From: Macrostomum lignano
Lineage: Eukaryota
Reading direction: 5' to 3'
Assembly (NCBI GenBank): GCA_002269645.1
Contig: NIVC01003656.1
Location: forward strand, 39,997 to 103,996
DNA length: 64,000 nt
How positions within the stretch are numbered: position 1 is the stretch's first letter; each line of letters opens with the position of its first letter. The translations under genes and the position numbers were made by a program. Positions 1 through 12,391 of this stretch are shown here, in pieces. The notes below the pieces were generated by a model, which was given only the letters and a program-made list of their open reading frames with translations, made no database searches and was not told where the DNA came from.

Positions 1-715
1 AATGAAGATATCTGTTCTACGACTATCGTATTTTAAACAAGAATGGGTAGTAAAAACACAAAATTGCATCAATGCATTTGCCCCCTTATTATAGAACCCA
101 GAAAAATATGCCATCATTGTTCATAATATGCCAAAGTATGACTTTTTGAGGGCCTGGATCTGTCCTGACCAGATTTACTTACTTCTTACGATCTATTTTT
201 AGAAAGCAACTATAGATGTATTTTCGCTTTGTGAAAAGTTTTTTGTTCATAAATATTGACAAAGAGATAAGCAACATTACATCCCAATACGGCTTTTTTT
301 AGCTTTTTATGTTTTATTATAATTCTGCTAAAAAATTCGATGCATTTTTGCTTACAATTGGCTCTTTGTTTTTTGTTCCATGTAAAACATCACTATTTCA
401 ATTATAATAATAACAGGTTTGATTGAGTTAAACGAACTAATAGGGCGTTAAAGTATTATTTGTTAATTATCTCTAATTTTTTATTAACACTTGTTACAAG
501 AAAAGAAAATTAGGGCAGAATCTTAGATTGATTTTGACTTTAAAGGAAATTAAAATCTAATGATACTATTTCAAATAATAAATTTTGGTCATTTTGTATT
601 TTCTTTTCCGACAAGACGCCAATGATGTAGATGAGGAAGTATAAGAGATGAGATATATTAATAAAAATCGAAGTCTCTCCTTTTTCATCTGTTCGCACCC
701 TTTTCAACTTCACAG

Positions 716-3700
716 TTCAATCTGCGGCAACTCGGAGCAGGCGGACGAGGGCGCGCCAAAACCGGTGAAGAAGTTCACCCAGCGCGAGCGCGCCGAGATG
801 ATTCACACTCGAGCCTTCCTAAAGCGACTGGACGATAAGGTGAAGGAGAGACAGTACGAGGTGGACAAGTACAGGTGAGTCTTTGTTCTTACCTTCTGCC
901 AGCCCAGAATGCTCAGACGCTGTCCCCCCAGTGTCGAATGCTATTCTCCCCAATGTCAGCCCCCTCTGGTCTCCCAAATGTCTTCAAACCAAAAACTGGC
1001 AGCCCACCGCCACATAAACAGGGAGGAGAACAACCGCTGCAGGAAGCGAGTGGAGGAGTTGGACCGCGAGGCGGTCGACGTCTCCGGCCAGATCGTGCAG
1101 CAGGAGGCGGCGGCCAATTCGGCTGCGGCGTTTCGTCTGCGCGCCCAGCTGGAGCGAATCGGACAGGAGAAGTCGGGCGAGGAGCTGCTGTCCAGCCACA
1201 TCTACCGGAGCCTGCTGGAGGCCGAGTGAGTTTCGGGGTTGTGATGGCAGTTTCGGGATTGTGATGGCAGTTTCGGGATTGTGATGGCAGTTTTGGAATT
1301 GCAATGGCAGTTTCAGGATTGTGATGGCAGTTTTGGGATTGTGATGGCAGTTTCGGGATTGTGGTGGCAGTTTCAGGATTGTGATGGCAGTTTCGGGATT
1401 GTGATGGCAGTTTCGGGATTGTGATGGCAGTTCTGAGATTGCGGTGGTAGTTTTAGGATTGTGATGGTAGCTTCGGGATTTTGATAGCAGTTTCGGGATT
1501 GTGATGGCAGTTTCGGGATTGTGATGGCAGTTTCGTGAATTTGATGTCAGTTTCGGGATTGTGATGTCAGTTTCGGGATAGTGATGGCAGTTTCGGGATT
1601 GCAGTGGCAGTTTCAAAAGCGAAGTGTCCGGTCCAGCAGTTCAGCGTTCTACTATACCACATTGAACTCAATGCCGACAACCCCCTCACTCAGGTACGAG
1701 CTGACCCTCGCCCGAATCGAGCAGGGCAAGCAGTTGCTAACCGACCACGAGCTGCGGCAGAAGGAGCAGCTCTACGACGAGTTCAAAGCCGAGGTGGCGG
1801 CCCTACGGCAGCTGAAGGAGAGGAAATTTGCCGACGCCACGAGGGCTTCTTCCAACGGAAGGAAGAGTGAGCGGATGGTGGATGCTGGCTTGCTCAAATT
1901 GTTAGGGGAAACACGTCCCAAAATCCAGGACAGCCCATCGCCCCTTCTGGCTCTAGAAATCCAGGCCACTCCACCCGGCCCTATAAATCCAGGCCACTCC
2001 ACCCGGCCCTATAAATCCAGGCCACTCCACCCGGCCCTATAAATCCAGGCCACTCCAACCCGGCCCTATAAATCCAGGCCACTCCAACCCGGCCCTATAA
2101 ATCCAGGCCACTCCAACCCGGCCCTATAAATCCAGGCCACTCCAACCCGGCCCTATAAATCCAGGCCACTCCAACCCGGCCCCATAAATCCAGATTAGGA
2201 TCTAGTTCAGGTCTCCCCACACCCCAAGGCCCAATCTATAGACACTGACATCTATCCTGGGGATCTGCAATATTATTCAACTACCGCGCACAGGGAACTG
2301 CGCCAGTGGCGCGAGCGCATGGACCTGCAGGAGTCGGACAACCGGCGCCGGGTGAAGGCGGCGCACGATCTGCACAATGCCCGCCTGCTGGAGACCATGC
2401 GCAGCATCCGGCAGGCCCGCGACGCCGAGGAGGAGCGCTACAGGGAGGATTTCGAGAAGAAGGTTCGCTCAGTGCTGCGCCTGAAGGAGGGCATCGCCGG
2501 CAATCGGGAGAACCTCACGGCGCTTGGCAACCGGGCTCGCGCCGAGCAGCGCCGCGCCGACGTTGAGGCGCGCGAACTACGCACCGAGACGATCGCCGCA
2601 GGCGGCGACGCCGGTCTGGCGCTGCGTCGGGAGCGCCGCGCAGCCGAGGCCCGCGCCGATTCCGATATTTGGCGCAACGAACAGCGGAAGAAGCAGGCGG
2701 ACATCGCGGCGCGCCTGCTGATTGAGGAGGACTGGGAGAAGAAGAAGCGCGAGCGGCTGCCCTACCTGTACGCCAAGGACACGCGCGGCCTGTCCACAAC
2801 GACGTCGTCGTCAGCGGCGCCGTTTCGGCGCAGTCGGAAGCTGCGGATGACGCGCGACATCGAGGCAGCGCTGGACGCAGCCGACTCCGGTGAGCGGGCC
2901 TTCAGCGCCGGCGCCGAGCTGACGAATTCGGCGCGTCGTGAGGCGCCCGTTGACTCGTCCGACGAGGAGACGGCGCCGGGCGCGACGCGGCGCTTCACTG
3001 CCGCCGCCGACGACGACGATGACGAGCCAGCGGATGCCACGACGGCGACTTTGCGGGCGTCGCTGGCGGCGGCCGCGGCGGAGGCGGCGTCGGGCGCTGA
3101 GTCGTTGGCGAAGCCGCAGTTCGCCGGCATGTGGGACACCTTCAAGGCCTACAGCATCCCGCGCACCGACAAGGTGGACTACATCCGCAATGGAAGGCCT
3201 CCTACATGGAGCAGGTTGGTAGATGAATTCGTCCCTCATAGCAGACTGTCTCTGAGAATCTGCCCCTCACAACAGACTGTCCATGAGAATCTGCCCTCAC
3301 ACAAGACTGTCTATGAGAATCTGCCCCTCACACAAGACTGTCTATGAGAATCTGCCCCTCACACAAGACTGTCTATGAGAATCTGCCCCTCACACAAGAC
3401 TGTCTATGAGAATCTGCCCCTCACACAAGACTGTCTATGAGAATCTGCCCCTCACACAAGACTGTCTATGAGAATCTGCCCCTCACACAAGACTGGCTAT
3501 GAGAATCTGCCCCTCACACGAGACTGTCTATGAGAATCTGCCCCTCACACAAGACTGTCTATGAGAATCTGCCCTCCCCAAAATTCCAGGAAATCATGCG
3601 CCGAGTTCTGGACCAGACCAGAGCCAATATTGTCACCAAGCAGGTGGCCGCCGGTCGCGAATTCAAAGGCGACGCCGCCTTCTTCAGCAAGCCGGAGGTG

Positions 3701-6700
3701 GTGCACTTCAAGGACTTCGAAGTGGATCAGACCTACAAGCAGAAGGTCACGCTGACAAATGCATCCTACAGCGTGAACTCCTGCAAGCTGGTTGGCATGA
3801 CGGACTATCTGAACAACTTCATCCAGATCCAATTTAACCCGCCCGGCCACCTCTCCGCCGGCATGTCCTGCCAGCTGGTGCTCAGCTTCACACCTCGGAT
3901 TAACGAAGATCTTAGCGGCGAAATCACCTTCCTGTGCCAGACTGGCCAGTTCTCTGTGCCGATTTTGTGCACTACGAAAAAGTGCGATGTGAGTGAATGC
4001 GATTTTCTATTATTGCCCTCAGCCAATCACAGCCAAGCTCACCCCAAGCACCCCACTCCTAGAACCCACCCCAATTTTAGCACCCGCCTCACTCCTAGCA
4101 CCCACCCCACTCCTAGCACCCACCTCACTCCTATCCTAGCATTCACCCCACTCCTAGCACCCACCCCACTCCTAGCACCGACCTCACTCCTATCATAGCA
4201 GCCACCCCACTCCTAACACCCACCTCACTCCTATCCTAGCATCCACCCCACTCCTAGCACCCACCCCACTCCTAGCACCGACCTCACTCCTATCCTAGCA
4301 TCCACCCCACTCCTAGCACCCACCTCACTCCTATCCTAGCATCCACCCCACTCCTAGCACCCACCTCACTAGTAGCATCCACCTCACTCCTAGCACCCAC
4401 CTCACTCCTAGAACTCACCCTACTCCTAGCCTTCACCTCAACCTTAAAAGCCGCCTCTAAACTATCACACAGCCAGTGCTAGCACCCATCTCAATCCTAA
4501 GACACTTTATTCCAAACAACCACACTGTGAACTGCATGTCAGCACTTCCCATGTTGCACTTCCCGCTCCTCAGCTATCAATCGACAAAGCCAAGGTTGAC
4601 TTTGGCGTCAGCGTGATTGGCGAGACGCTTCATCAGACTTTGACCCTGCGCAACGCCGGTGCCAAAGGCTGCAACTTCGCCCTGACCAAACTGGACCCGT
4701 TCAGAGTGCGAGAGAGGACAGAGTATTCCACCACAGCTCCGGTGAGTCAGGGCTTGGCGGTGGAGCTGGATGGATTGTTTGATCGATTGACTGATTGATT
4801 GATTGATTGATTGATTGGTTGGTTGGTTGGTTGATATATTGATTGATTGATTGATTTTCACCCCCCCAGACTGAGGATGAAAAAGCCGCGGAGGAGCCGG
4901 CGGCGGATTCGGCAGTTTCAGCACCAGCAGCTCCCGCGGCCTCCCCAGCGGCTCCTGGAGCAGCCGCCGAGGTGGCCGCCGCGGCGGCTGGAGACTCGCT
5001 GATCGAGCAGGTCGGCCAGGCTGACTCAGGCGAGCAGCGACAACCGCAGGAGGAGCTGCCGGCGCGACTCACCGACGGCATGTCTGTCGGACGCACCTCC
5101 GGCGGCTGGCTGGCGCCGTTCTCGGAGGTCAAGCTGGAGCTGGTTTGGCTGCCCAGCCTACCTGGCGGCAATCGCGCCGAGTTCCGCGTCGACTTCGACG
5201 ACCCCGCCTCGGCCAGCTTGAGCTTCGAAGCCGTCGGGGTGGCGGTGGACGTGCCGGTGTGGCTGGAGAGGAGCACGGTGGACCTGCGGGTGTGCACCCA
5301 GGACCGGCTGTACCAGGACACCGTGGTGGTGCGCAACCGGGCCAGCACCGCGCTGAAGCTGCACTTCCAGGTCTGCACTTCCAGGCCTAGTGGTTAGAGC
5401 ATCGGACTCACGACTGTAAGGTCGGGGGTTCGATTCTCAACCCACTCGAAACAAATTGTGTACTGTTGAGCAAGACACTTAACTCTGCATTGCTTTAGTT
5501 TACCCAGCTGTAAAATGGGTGCCAGCATTAGCTGGGGTAATTGAGGGTGTGTGTGGCCACCCCCCCTCAGACTGAACAGCCGTACGCAGCCTTCAGATGC
5601 GGCGCGCAGTAGCACATTAGGGCAGGTGTAAATCCCGGGGTTAGGGCCACAGACACTAGCTGCTGCTATTGCTTGAGAGCAGCACAGTCTATGGCCTAAA
5701 CCCATGCAGGGTTTTCTTGACTGAATTTGTCTATGGGAAAAACCCCATTCAGCGCTATGCGTTCTCTAGTACAGTAGAGCATACTCAATGCGATACGACA
5801 AATATAGGACGAAGGAGCGTAGCGATTGCGCTGTGAAATTCTGAAGAGTACAAAGAAATCAAATTCGTCAATGCTACTGATAAGATAATTTTTCATATCT
5901 GGCACTCTGGCACTCACAAACTCGCCTCTCTCAGGTACCTCCGAAACTGCAAGGCCACATGGAGCTGCTGCCCAAGACCGGCTACGTGCAGGCCCGCAGC
6001 AGCTTCTCCGCCCAGCTGAAGTTCCTGCCGCGCGCCTCCCTAGCCGACGATGCGGCCGGAGAGTTTTTCGATCCGGCCACCGGCGTCCTGGAGGTGCCGC
6101 TGACCATCAGGGTGGCCGAGCAGACACGGCCAATAGAATTCACTGCCGTTGCCGTGGTAACGGGATCCGATTTAGAATTCGACGTCGATGGGCTGGACTT
6201 CGGCTGCTGCACCATCTACGAGTCGGCAGTGCGCACCATCCGGCTGACCAACAACAGCCTGCTGCCGCAGAAGTTTGGCTTCGTTGGACTGCCCGATGTG
6301 AGCCTTCCTAGTTAGGGATTCTCCGAGCTATTAATAGCAGCCAATCAGATCAACTCAGGAATTGCCGCACTTAACACCCATCCACGTTGCAGTACGCCGA
6401 AGTGCAACCAAACGACGGATTCGGCGTCATCCTGCCGAAGGAGACCATCAGCCTGGAGGTTGTGTTCAGCCCCGACCGGGCGGCCGACTTCGCCTTCACG
6501 CTCACCTGCCGCACCCTCATCGACCGCAAGTTTTCCATCCCCTGCACCGGGGTCGGCGTCCATCCGCCGTTGCGACTCTCCGAGCAGGTGGTGAACTTCA
6601 AGGCCACCGCCCTGCAGGACTTCAACGACGCCATGATCTACGTGGTGAACGAGCACACCAGCATGAACGAGTACTCCCACCCGGTGCCCCGCATCGGCAA

Positions 6701-9700
6701 GGGCCCCATCGCGCCGGTCGGCCCGACCTCATTCGAGTTTGTCGTGCCGGACGACGCGCCGTTCCAGCTGGCGCCCTGCGTCGGCACCGTCATGCCGGGC
6801 GAGCGGGCGCGAATCCACCTGCGCCTGAAGCCGAAGTTCACGGTGCGCCAGGTGCAGCAGGAGGCCAGCTGTCTGGCTGGCCTGCGCATGGAGGCCGAGG
6901 CGCGTGCCGAGCGTGAGCGCCAGCGCGCCGAACAGCGGCGCCAACAAGAGGAGGCGGAGAAGGCGCAGGTGTGAATTTTGTGTTTTACTACTAATAAAAG
7001 ATTATCGTATATTTAAAAAAATATTATTTTCCATCTTTGTAATTCTTATACTTACAGGACTCGTGCGATGAATTTACAGTAATTATTGATTTAAAATGCT
7101 TTTATGTTCCTTTGTCATTCACTCTTGTATTGACATCAAGCTTCACGTTCGATTCACTTAGGGCATTGCTGGCAGTCATTTATATTTTTTCATTCACCGG
7201 GTCGGATACTAAAGTACATCTTCTACTTTCAGGCAACCAGCTCAAAGAAGGGGGCTGCAAAGTCGCCCAAGAAGGACGACGTAAGATTTGAATTGGCTGA
7301 GCCAGTCTGCTGTTCGGGAAGCTGAGAACTTGATGCTTAACAAGTTTTTTAAGTGTGGCTAATTGCATTCTGAGTTCGGTCTTTATCTGTTCTGAACAAT
7401 CAACTGTATACTTCTAAAAGTCACTCTCCTAATTCACCAAATTTTCCTTTAATGCATGCTCACGAGTAACCAGGTGTGCAATTTCAGTTAACCTGTTGTG
7501 CATATTTTTAATACGAATGAACTTGCGTTGAGCACTAAATTTTCAGAAGACAGAGAATGCCTGAACCGGTAATTAAATTAAAAGAGTCTCGAAACTTGTT
7601 TTGATTGGCTTCTATTAATAGCTTTTAGCTTGACTCATCAGCTCTCCAGATGGGAATTCCAGTGCACTTAATTAAGCGTACATTTAGAGACGAATTTGGC
7701 CGGGTAAGGTGCTATTTTTAGAAACAGGGTTCCCCAAAAGGCCGATGGGAGTTGTTTTTCTATTTTTAGAAAATGGGCTTCCGCCGGCTATTTTTGGAAG
7801 TTGGAATTTTCCTTGTAGCAAACTAAATAAGAATTGATGTGAACTAAGCGTTCCTTTTTAACAACTTTAGAAATCCAAGCCGGGCGCCAAGGGCAAGCAG
7901 CCGCCAGCCAAGCAGGCGGGAGGCGGCGGCCGAGGTGGTGCGGCTGCAGGCGGTCGCGGAGGCCGCGGAGCTGGCGGCCCTGGCGCTGATGCTGGAGGCG
8001 CGGACGGCGCCGGCGGCCCGGAGATCCAAGCGCCGCCGCCGGAGTCGATCGCGCCGGACTCGGACCAGTTCTACGCCGGCCAGGCCTCGCTGATGCGCAA
8101 ATTCCTCGGCGATTTCAACACACACACTGTTCCGTGCTTCGTGGCCTCCGGCCGGTGCCCCACGGAGCCAGGCACCCTGAAGTACTCGACCGAGAACACC
8201 TTGTACCTGAAGGTGAACTGTCCCGTGGTCAGTCCGCAGCTGGCGATCATCTCGAACAGCGGCCGGTCCGCCCTGGACTTCGAGAATGTCTCGCTGGGCC
8301 AGACGGCCGTCAAGTCCTTCACGGTGCAGAATATCTCCGCCTCCCAGTTGAACCTGACCGGCTCCCTGCTGGACCCCAACGGCCCCTTTGCCCTTCTGAA
8401 CGCTCTGCGGCCGCTGGAGCCGCAGCAGTCGCACTCGGTGCTGGTCAGCTTCACTCCGGACAAAGAGTGCAGCTTCCACGAGCGGTTTTTCCTGCACACT
8501 GGCGGCGGCCAAAAGCTGGGAGTCACCCTGCAGGGCTGCGGTATCCTGCCGAAGGTGTCCTGCTCAGAGACTGGCCAGTTCGATCTGGGCGCCGTGCTCG
8601 CCGGCGAGTACGTGGAGCGCCAGCTCACCCTCACCAATCAGTCGGCGCTGAACGTTGCCTTCAATATTCGGCTGGACAGCGCGTCACTGCTCCGCTTCCA
8701 GGCAAGTGACTTCCACCCGGTTCCTGTAGATTCCACTGACTTCCACCCACCCGGTTCCTTTAGATTCCACTGACTTCACCCGGTTCCTTTAGATTCCACT
8801 GACTTCACTCGGTTCCTGTAGATTCCACTGACTTCCACCGGTTCCTGTAGATTCCACTGACTCCCAACCGGTTCCTGTAGATTCCACTGACTTCCATCCG
8901 GTTCCTGTAGATTCCACTGACTCCCAACCGGTTCCCGTAGATTCCACTGACTCCCAACCGGTTCCCGTAGATTCCACTGACTCCCAACCGGTTCCCGTAG
9001 ATTCCACTGACTTCCACCCGGTTCCTGTAGATTCCACTGACTTCCACCCGGTTCCCGTAGATTCCACTGACTTCCACCCGGTTCCCGTAGATTCCACTGA
9101 CTTCCACCCGGTTCCTGTAGATTCCACTGACTTCCACCCAGTTCCTGTGATTCCACTGACTTCCATCCGGTTTCTGTAGATTCCACTGACTCCTGACCGG
9201 TTCCTGTAGATTCCACTGACTCCCAACCGGTTCCCGTAGATTCCACTGACTTCCACCCGGTTCCTGTAGATTCCACTGACTTCCATCCGGTTCCTGTAGA
9301 TTCCACTGACTTCCATCCGGTTCCTGTAGATTCCACTGACTTCCATCCAGTTCCTGTAGATTCCACTGACTCCTAACCGGTTCCTGTAGATTCCACTGAC
9401 TTCCACCCAGTTCCTGTGATTCCACTGACTTCCACCCGGTTCCTGTTGATTCCACTGACTCCCAACCGGTTCACGTAGATTCCACTGACTTCCACCCGGT
9501 TCCCTTAGATTCCACTGACTTCCACTCAGTTCCTGTAGAGTCCACTGACTTCCACCCAGTTCCTGTAGATTCCACTGACTTCCACCTCGTTCCTGTAGAT
9601 TCCACTGACTTCCACCCGGTTCCTGTAGATTCCACTGACTTCACCCGGTTCCTGTAGATTCCACTGACTTCACCCGGTTCCTGTAGATTCCACTGACTTC

Positions 9701-11869
9701 CACCCGGTTCCTGTAGATTCCACTGACTCCCAACCGGTTCCCGTAGATTCCGGACTCCCAACCGGATCCTGTTGATTCCACTGACTCCCAACCGGTTCAC
9801 GTAGATTCCACTGACTCCCAAACGACCCCCCGTCCACAGGAGGCGCAGCATCCGCCAGTATTCGCCCCTGGAGACCGAGCTGCGGCGCTGGGCGTGCAGA
9901 ACCGCAGCGGCCAGGCGGTGTTCGACTGCGTGCCCTGCGCCGGCGACATCCCGGCTGGCCAGACGGCCTCCCTGACGGTGACGTTCGCGCCAGATCGAGT
10001 CTCTGACTGCTACTCGGACATCCTGCGAGTGCTGATCTTCGACAAGGAGGAAGCGCACAAGCTGAGGCTGGTCGGCCAGGCCAAGCCACACATCGCCTAC
10101 CTTGGCGGAGGCGACGCCATCCGCTCCGAGGTCGAGTGCCTCGCCGCCGCGTTCAGAGGCACCGTCACCGAAGGTGCGTCTTCAGGGTTTCAGTGTCTGT
10201 TGTTGGTTGGGTGACTCTTTGGTTGTCTGTGTGGGTGACTCTGGTTGTCTGTGTGGGTGACTCTTTGATTGTCTGTGTGGGTGACTCTTTGGTTGTCTGT
10301 GTGGGTGACTCTCTGATTGTCTGTGTGGGTGACTCTCTGGTTGTCTGTGTGGGTGACTCTCTGGTTGTCTGTGTGGGTGACTCACTGATTGTCTGTGTGG
10401 GTGACTCTCTGATTGTCTGTGTGGGTGACTCTCTGATTGTCTGTGTGGGTGACTCACTGATTGTCTGTGTGGGTGACTCTCTGATTGTCTGTGTGGGTGA
10501 CTCTCTGATTGTCTGTGTGGGTGACTCTCTGATTGTCTGTGTGGGTGACTCTCTGATTGTCTGTGTGGGTGACTCTCTGATTGTCTGTGTGGGTGACTCT
10601 CTGATTGTCTGTGTGGGTGACTCTTTGGTTGTCTGTGTGGCTGACTCTCTGGTTGTCTGTGTGGGTGACTCTCTGATTGTCTGTGTGGGTGACTCTTTGG
10701 TTGTCTGTGTGGGTGACTCTTTGGTTGACTGTGTGGGTGACTCTTTGGTTGTCTGTGTGGCTGACTCTCTGGTTGTCTGTGTGGGTGACTCGTGTTAGTT
10801 GAGCTGCTCAGTGGCTCAGTGGGGGAACAGGCCAGTGCTTTGTTTTGTGCCACCGCCCTACCTTGTGACCCGTTGTGGAAAATCAATAATTTTGCTTCCG
10901 GGAGCCAAACTATGACGCCTTCGGCGCCAAAATGAGTGCCTGCCGCTAAAATGAGTGCTAACAACACCCCAAAATCTCAAAATAATGTGGGAATTTAGTC
11001 ATGTAGAGAATTTTTAGCTTTTAGAAGTCATGTAGAAGTACCCTGCAAGTTGCACATGCCGAATTCCAGACCCCAAGGCCCCCGCTGGCGCCATTCTGCT
11101 CACCTTTGGCGCCGTGTGCTCAGTTGACGGCGTGATCTCACCGGCTAATCGAACAATGTACGTCGGCTGCGTCAGGACCATGGCCGTCAGTCAGAAAAAG
11201 GTAATTATAAGCCATTATAATGGATTACGTCGTTGTTTTCGTTAGCAGCGGCACTACAAAAAAGATCTGTTTTGTGTTGCTCTAAAATTAGTCAAGGATA
11301 CAAAAGAGTCCATGATTGAGCTGACTAGAGATTTGGCACAAATTATTTTAGCGAGGGGAAAATTCAAAGAAAGAAATGCGTTTGCTACTACTGTTAATTC
11401 GATATTCCATCGGCTTCCATGATGATGCAATGCTCCTCTTCAGAACGCCGAGTACACTTTTGAAAACACGAATGTCATCGGCGCGCTGGGATTCTCCATC
11501 GACTCGGTGAAGGGCCAAGTGGAAGCTGGCACCAAGAAGCCCGTCGTGTTCACCTGGAACCCTCCGCCAACTCAGGATGTAAGTTTAATTCGTCTCAAGC
11601 TTTCTCTTCCCATGCACGCTCTGTACATCCCACCTTTCTCCCTTTAACTCTCCCCCTCTCCCTGTTTCAACAAGCGCCTCAATCCACCCTCCTCTCTCAC
11701 CCAGCCGAACGTCCCAGTGGAGACCAGCATCGTAGTGACCCTGCGCGGTGACGTCACTGAGACCTACACTGTCTTGCTGCGCGCCTTCGTCACCTCCGAT
11801 CCGGCTGTCGTGCCGGCGGCTGAGGCGGAGGTGCCCGCAGCAGCTCCAGCCGAGGACTCAAACCCCTGA
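716..11869 (+). CDS. CFAP74: Cilia- and flagella-associated protein 74, 5'-partial multi-exon gene
   Basis: Exons from splice sites and phase: 716-874, 1022-1225, 1694-1866, 2294-~3214, 3590-3988, 4574-4741, 4870-5370, 5935-6297, 6393-6968, 7233-7280, 7871-8701, 9840-10173, 11070-11200, 11444-11578, 11705-11869 (TGA). A coiled-coil N-terminus is followed by Ig-like ASH/MSP-type segments that I recognise as CFAP74: KQVAAGREFKG..SKPEVVHFKDF, NPPGHLSAGMSC, ELLPKTGYVQA, DFGCCTIYE, VQPNDGFGVILPKET, PVPRIGKGPIAPVGPTSFEF. The start codon was not seen, the 3214/3590 junction phase is unresolved, and there is an apparent frameshift near 1845. Count is 15 listed exons plus a possible unresolved upstream exon. 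Confidence 0.93.
1230..1614. repeat. 20-bp minisatellite (GTTTCGGGATTGTGATGGCA), about 19 copies, CFAP74 intron
   Basis: Tandem copies read directly. The array starts within the donor GTGAGT at 1226-1231. Confidence 0.95.
1957..2193. repeat. 28/29-bp minisatellite (CTATAAATCCAGGCCACTCC(A)ACCCGGCC), about 8 copies, CFAP74 intron
   Basis: Period 28 (1981 to 2009), then 29 (2041 to 2070). Confidence 0.95.
3240..3577. repeat. 31-bp minisatellite (CTGTCTATGAGAATCTGCCCCTCACACAAGA), about 11 copies, fills a CFAP74 intron
   Basis: Period 31 (3361 to 3392). It ends about 10 nt before the acceptor at 3588-3589. Confidence 0.95.
4040..4425. repeat. 18/23-bp C-rich minisatellite (CTCCTAGCACCCACCCCA, with or without an extra TCCTA), CFAP74 intron
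   Basis: Period 18 (4093 to 4111) with 23-bp variants. Confidence 0.9.
4786..4856. repeat. (GATT)n/(GGTT)n microsatellite in a short CFAP74 intron
   Basis: Read directly. Confidence 0.95.
5384..5724 (+). mobile_element. tRNA-derived SINE with a CORE/Meta-like central domain
   Basis: Pol III A-box-like GGCCTAGTGG and B-box GGTTCGATTC, followed by TGTGTACTGTTGAGCAAGACACTTAAC...TTTAGTTTACCCAGCTGTAAAATGGG. This aligns by eye with the CORE-SINE consensus (TGTGTGACCTTGGGCAAGTCACTTAAC...CAGTTTCCTCATCTGTAAAATGGG). The 3' end is approximate. Confidence 0.8.
8707..9822. repeat. 30-bp minisatellite (GGTTCCTGTAGATTCCACTGACTTCCACCC), about 37 copies, filling a GC-AG intron of CFAP74
   Basis: Period 30 (8881 to 8911). 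Confidence 0.95.
10194..10790. repeat. 24-bp minisatellite (GTCTGTGTGGGTGACTCTCTGATT), about 25 copies, CFAP74 intron
   Basis: Gives the 8-aa repeat VCVGDSLI in the ORF track. Confidence 0.95.
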
Positions 11870-12391
11870 ACTATTGAAGTAACGTATAGAATTCACCTGG
11901 GATAATTTTCACCTGCTGCTCAAGCGTTACGATTTCCAGGAATAATCCCTATTGCTGCACTTTTTAACTTGCTACTTTTCAACTGTGCCTACTAGTAGTA
12001 ATACTTATCGAAAATATATGGTTATTAATTTCTCAGATCAAAGTACTCTGCGATTTCTTATCTTATTTACAAGCTCAGACGATCGGTATCAGCCGATCAA
12101 AATGATCTCAAGTGAACACCACAGAAAACTGATGCCACCTGATACTGTAAAATGTCCACAACAATTAAGGTTCAAGATAAAGGCTAAAAATAACTTATCT
12201 TTGACCCAATATTTTGCGCTTTCAAAAAATCTCTACAACCCAGATACATAATTCTGTTAGGCCAATCGCTTATCGTAAACAGGTGGCTCATTTATTTATA
12301 CTTAAGCCCTATTACTTTATTCTACTTCTTAGGAACCTAAAACCGAACCCTAAAACCTAAAAACTATCCGAAAACCCGCGTATAAACCTAC

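Noticed and set aside
5384-5455. Functional tRNA gene
   Set aside because: A and B boxes are present, but I cannot form a proper acceptor stem, and the sequence runs on into a CORE-like SINE body.
2306-8709. Many overlapping antisense and alternative-frame ORFs over CFAP74 exons (similarly over IDO, TTLL10 and Tudor)
   Set aside because: These are shadow ORFs expected from GC-rich coding sequence, and they coincide with exons already explained.
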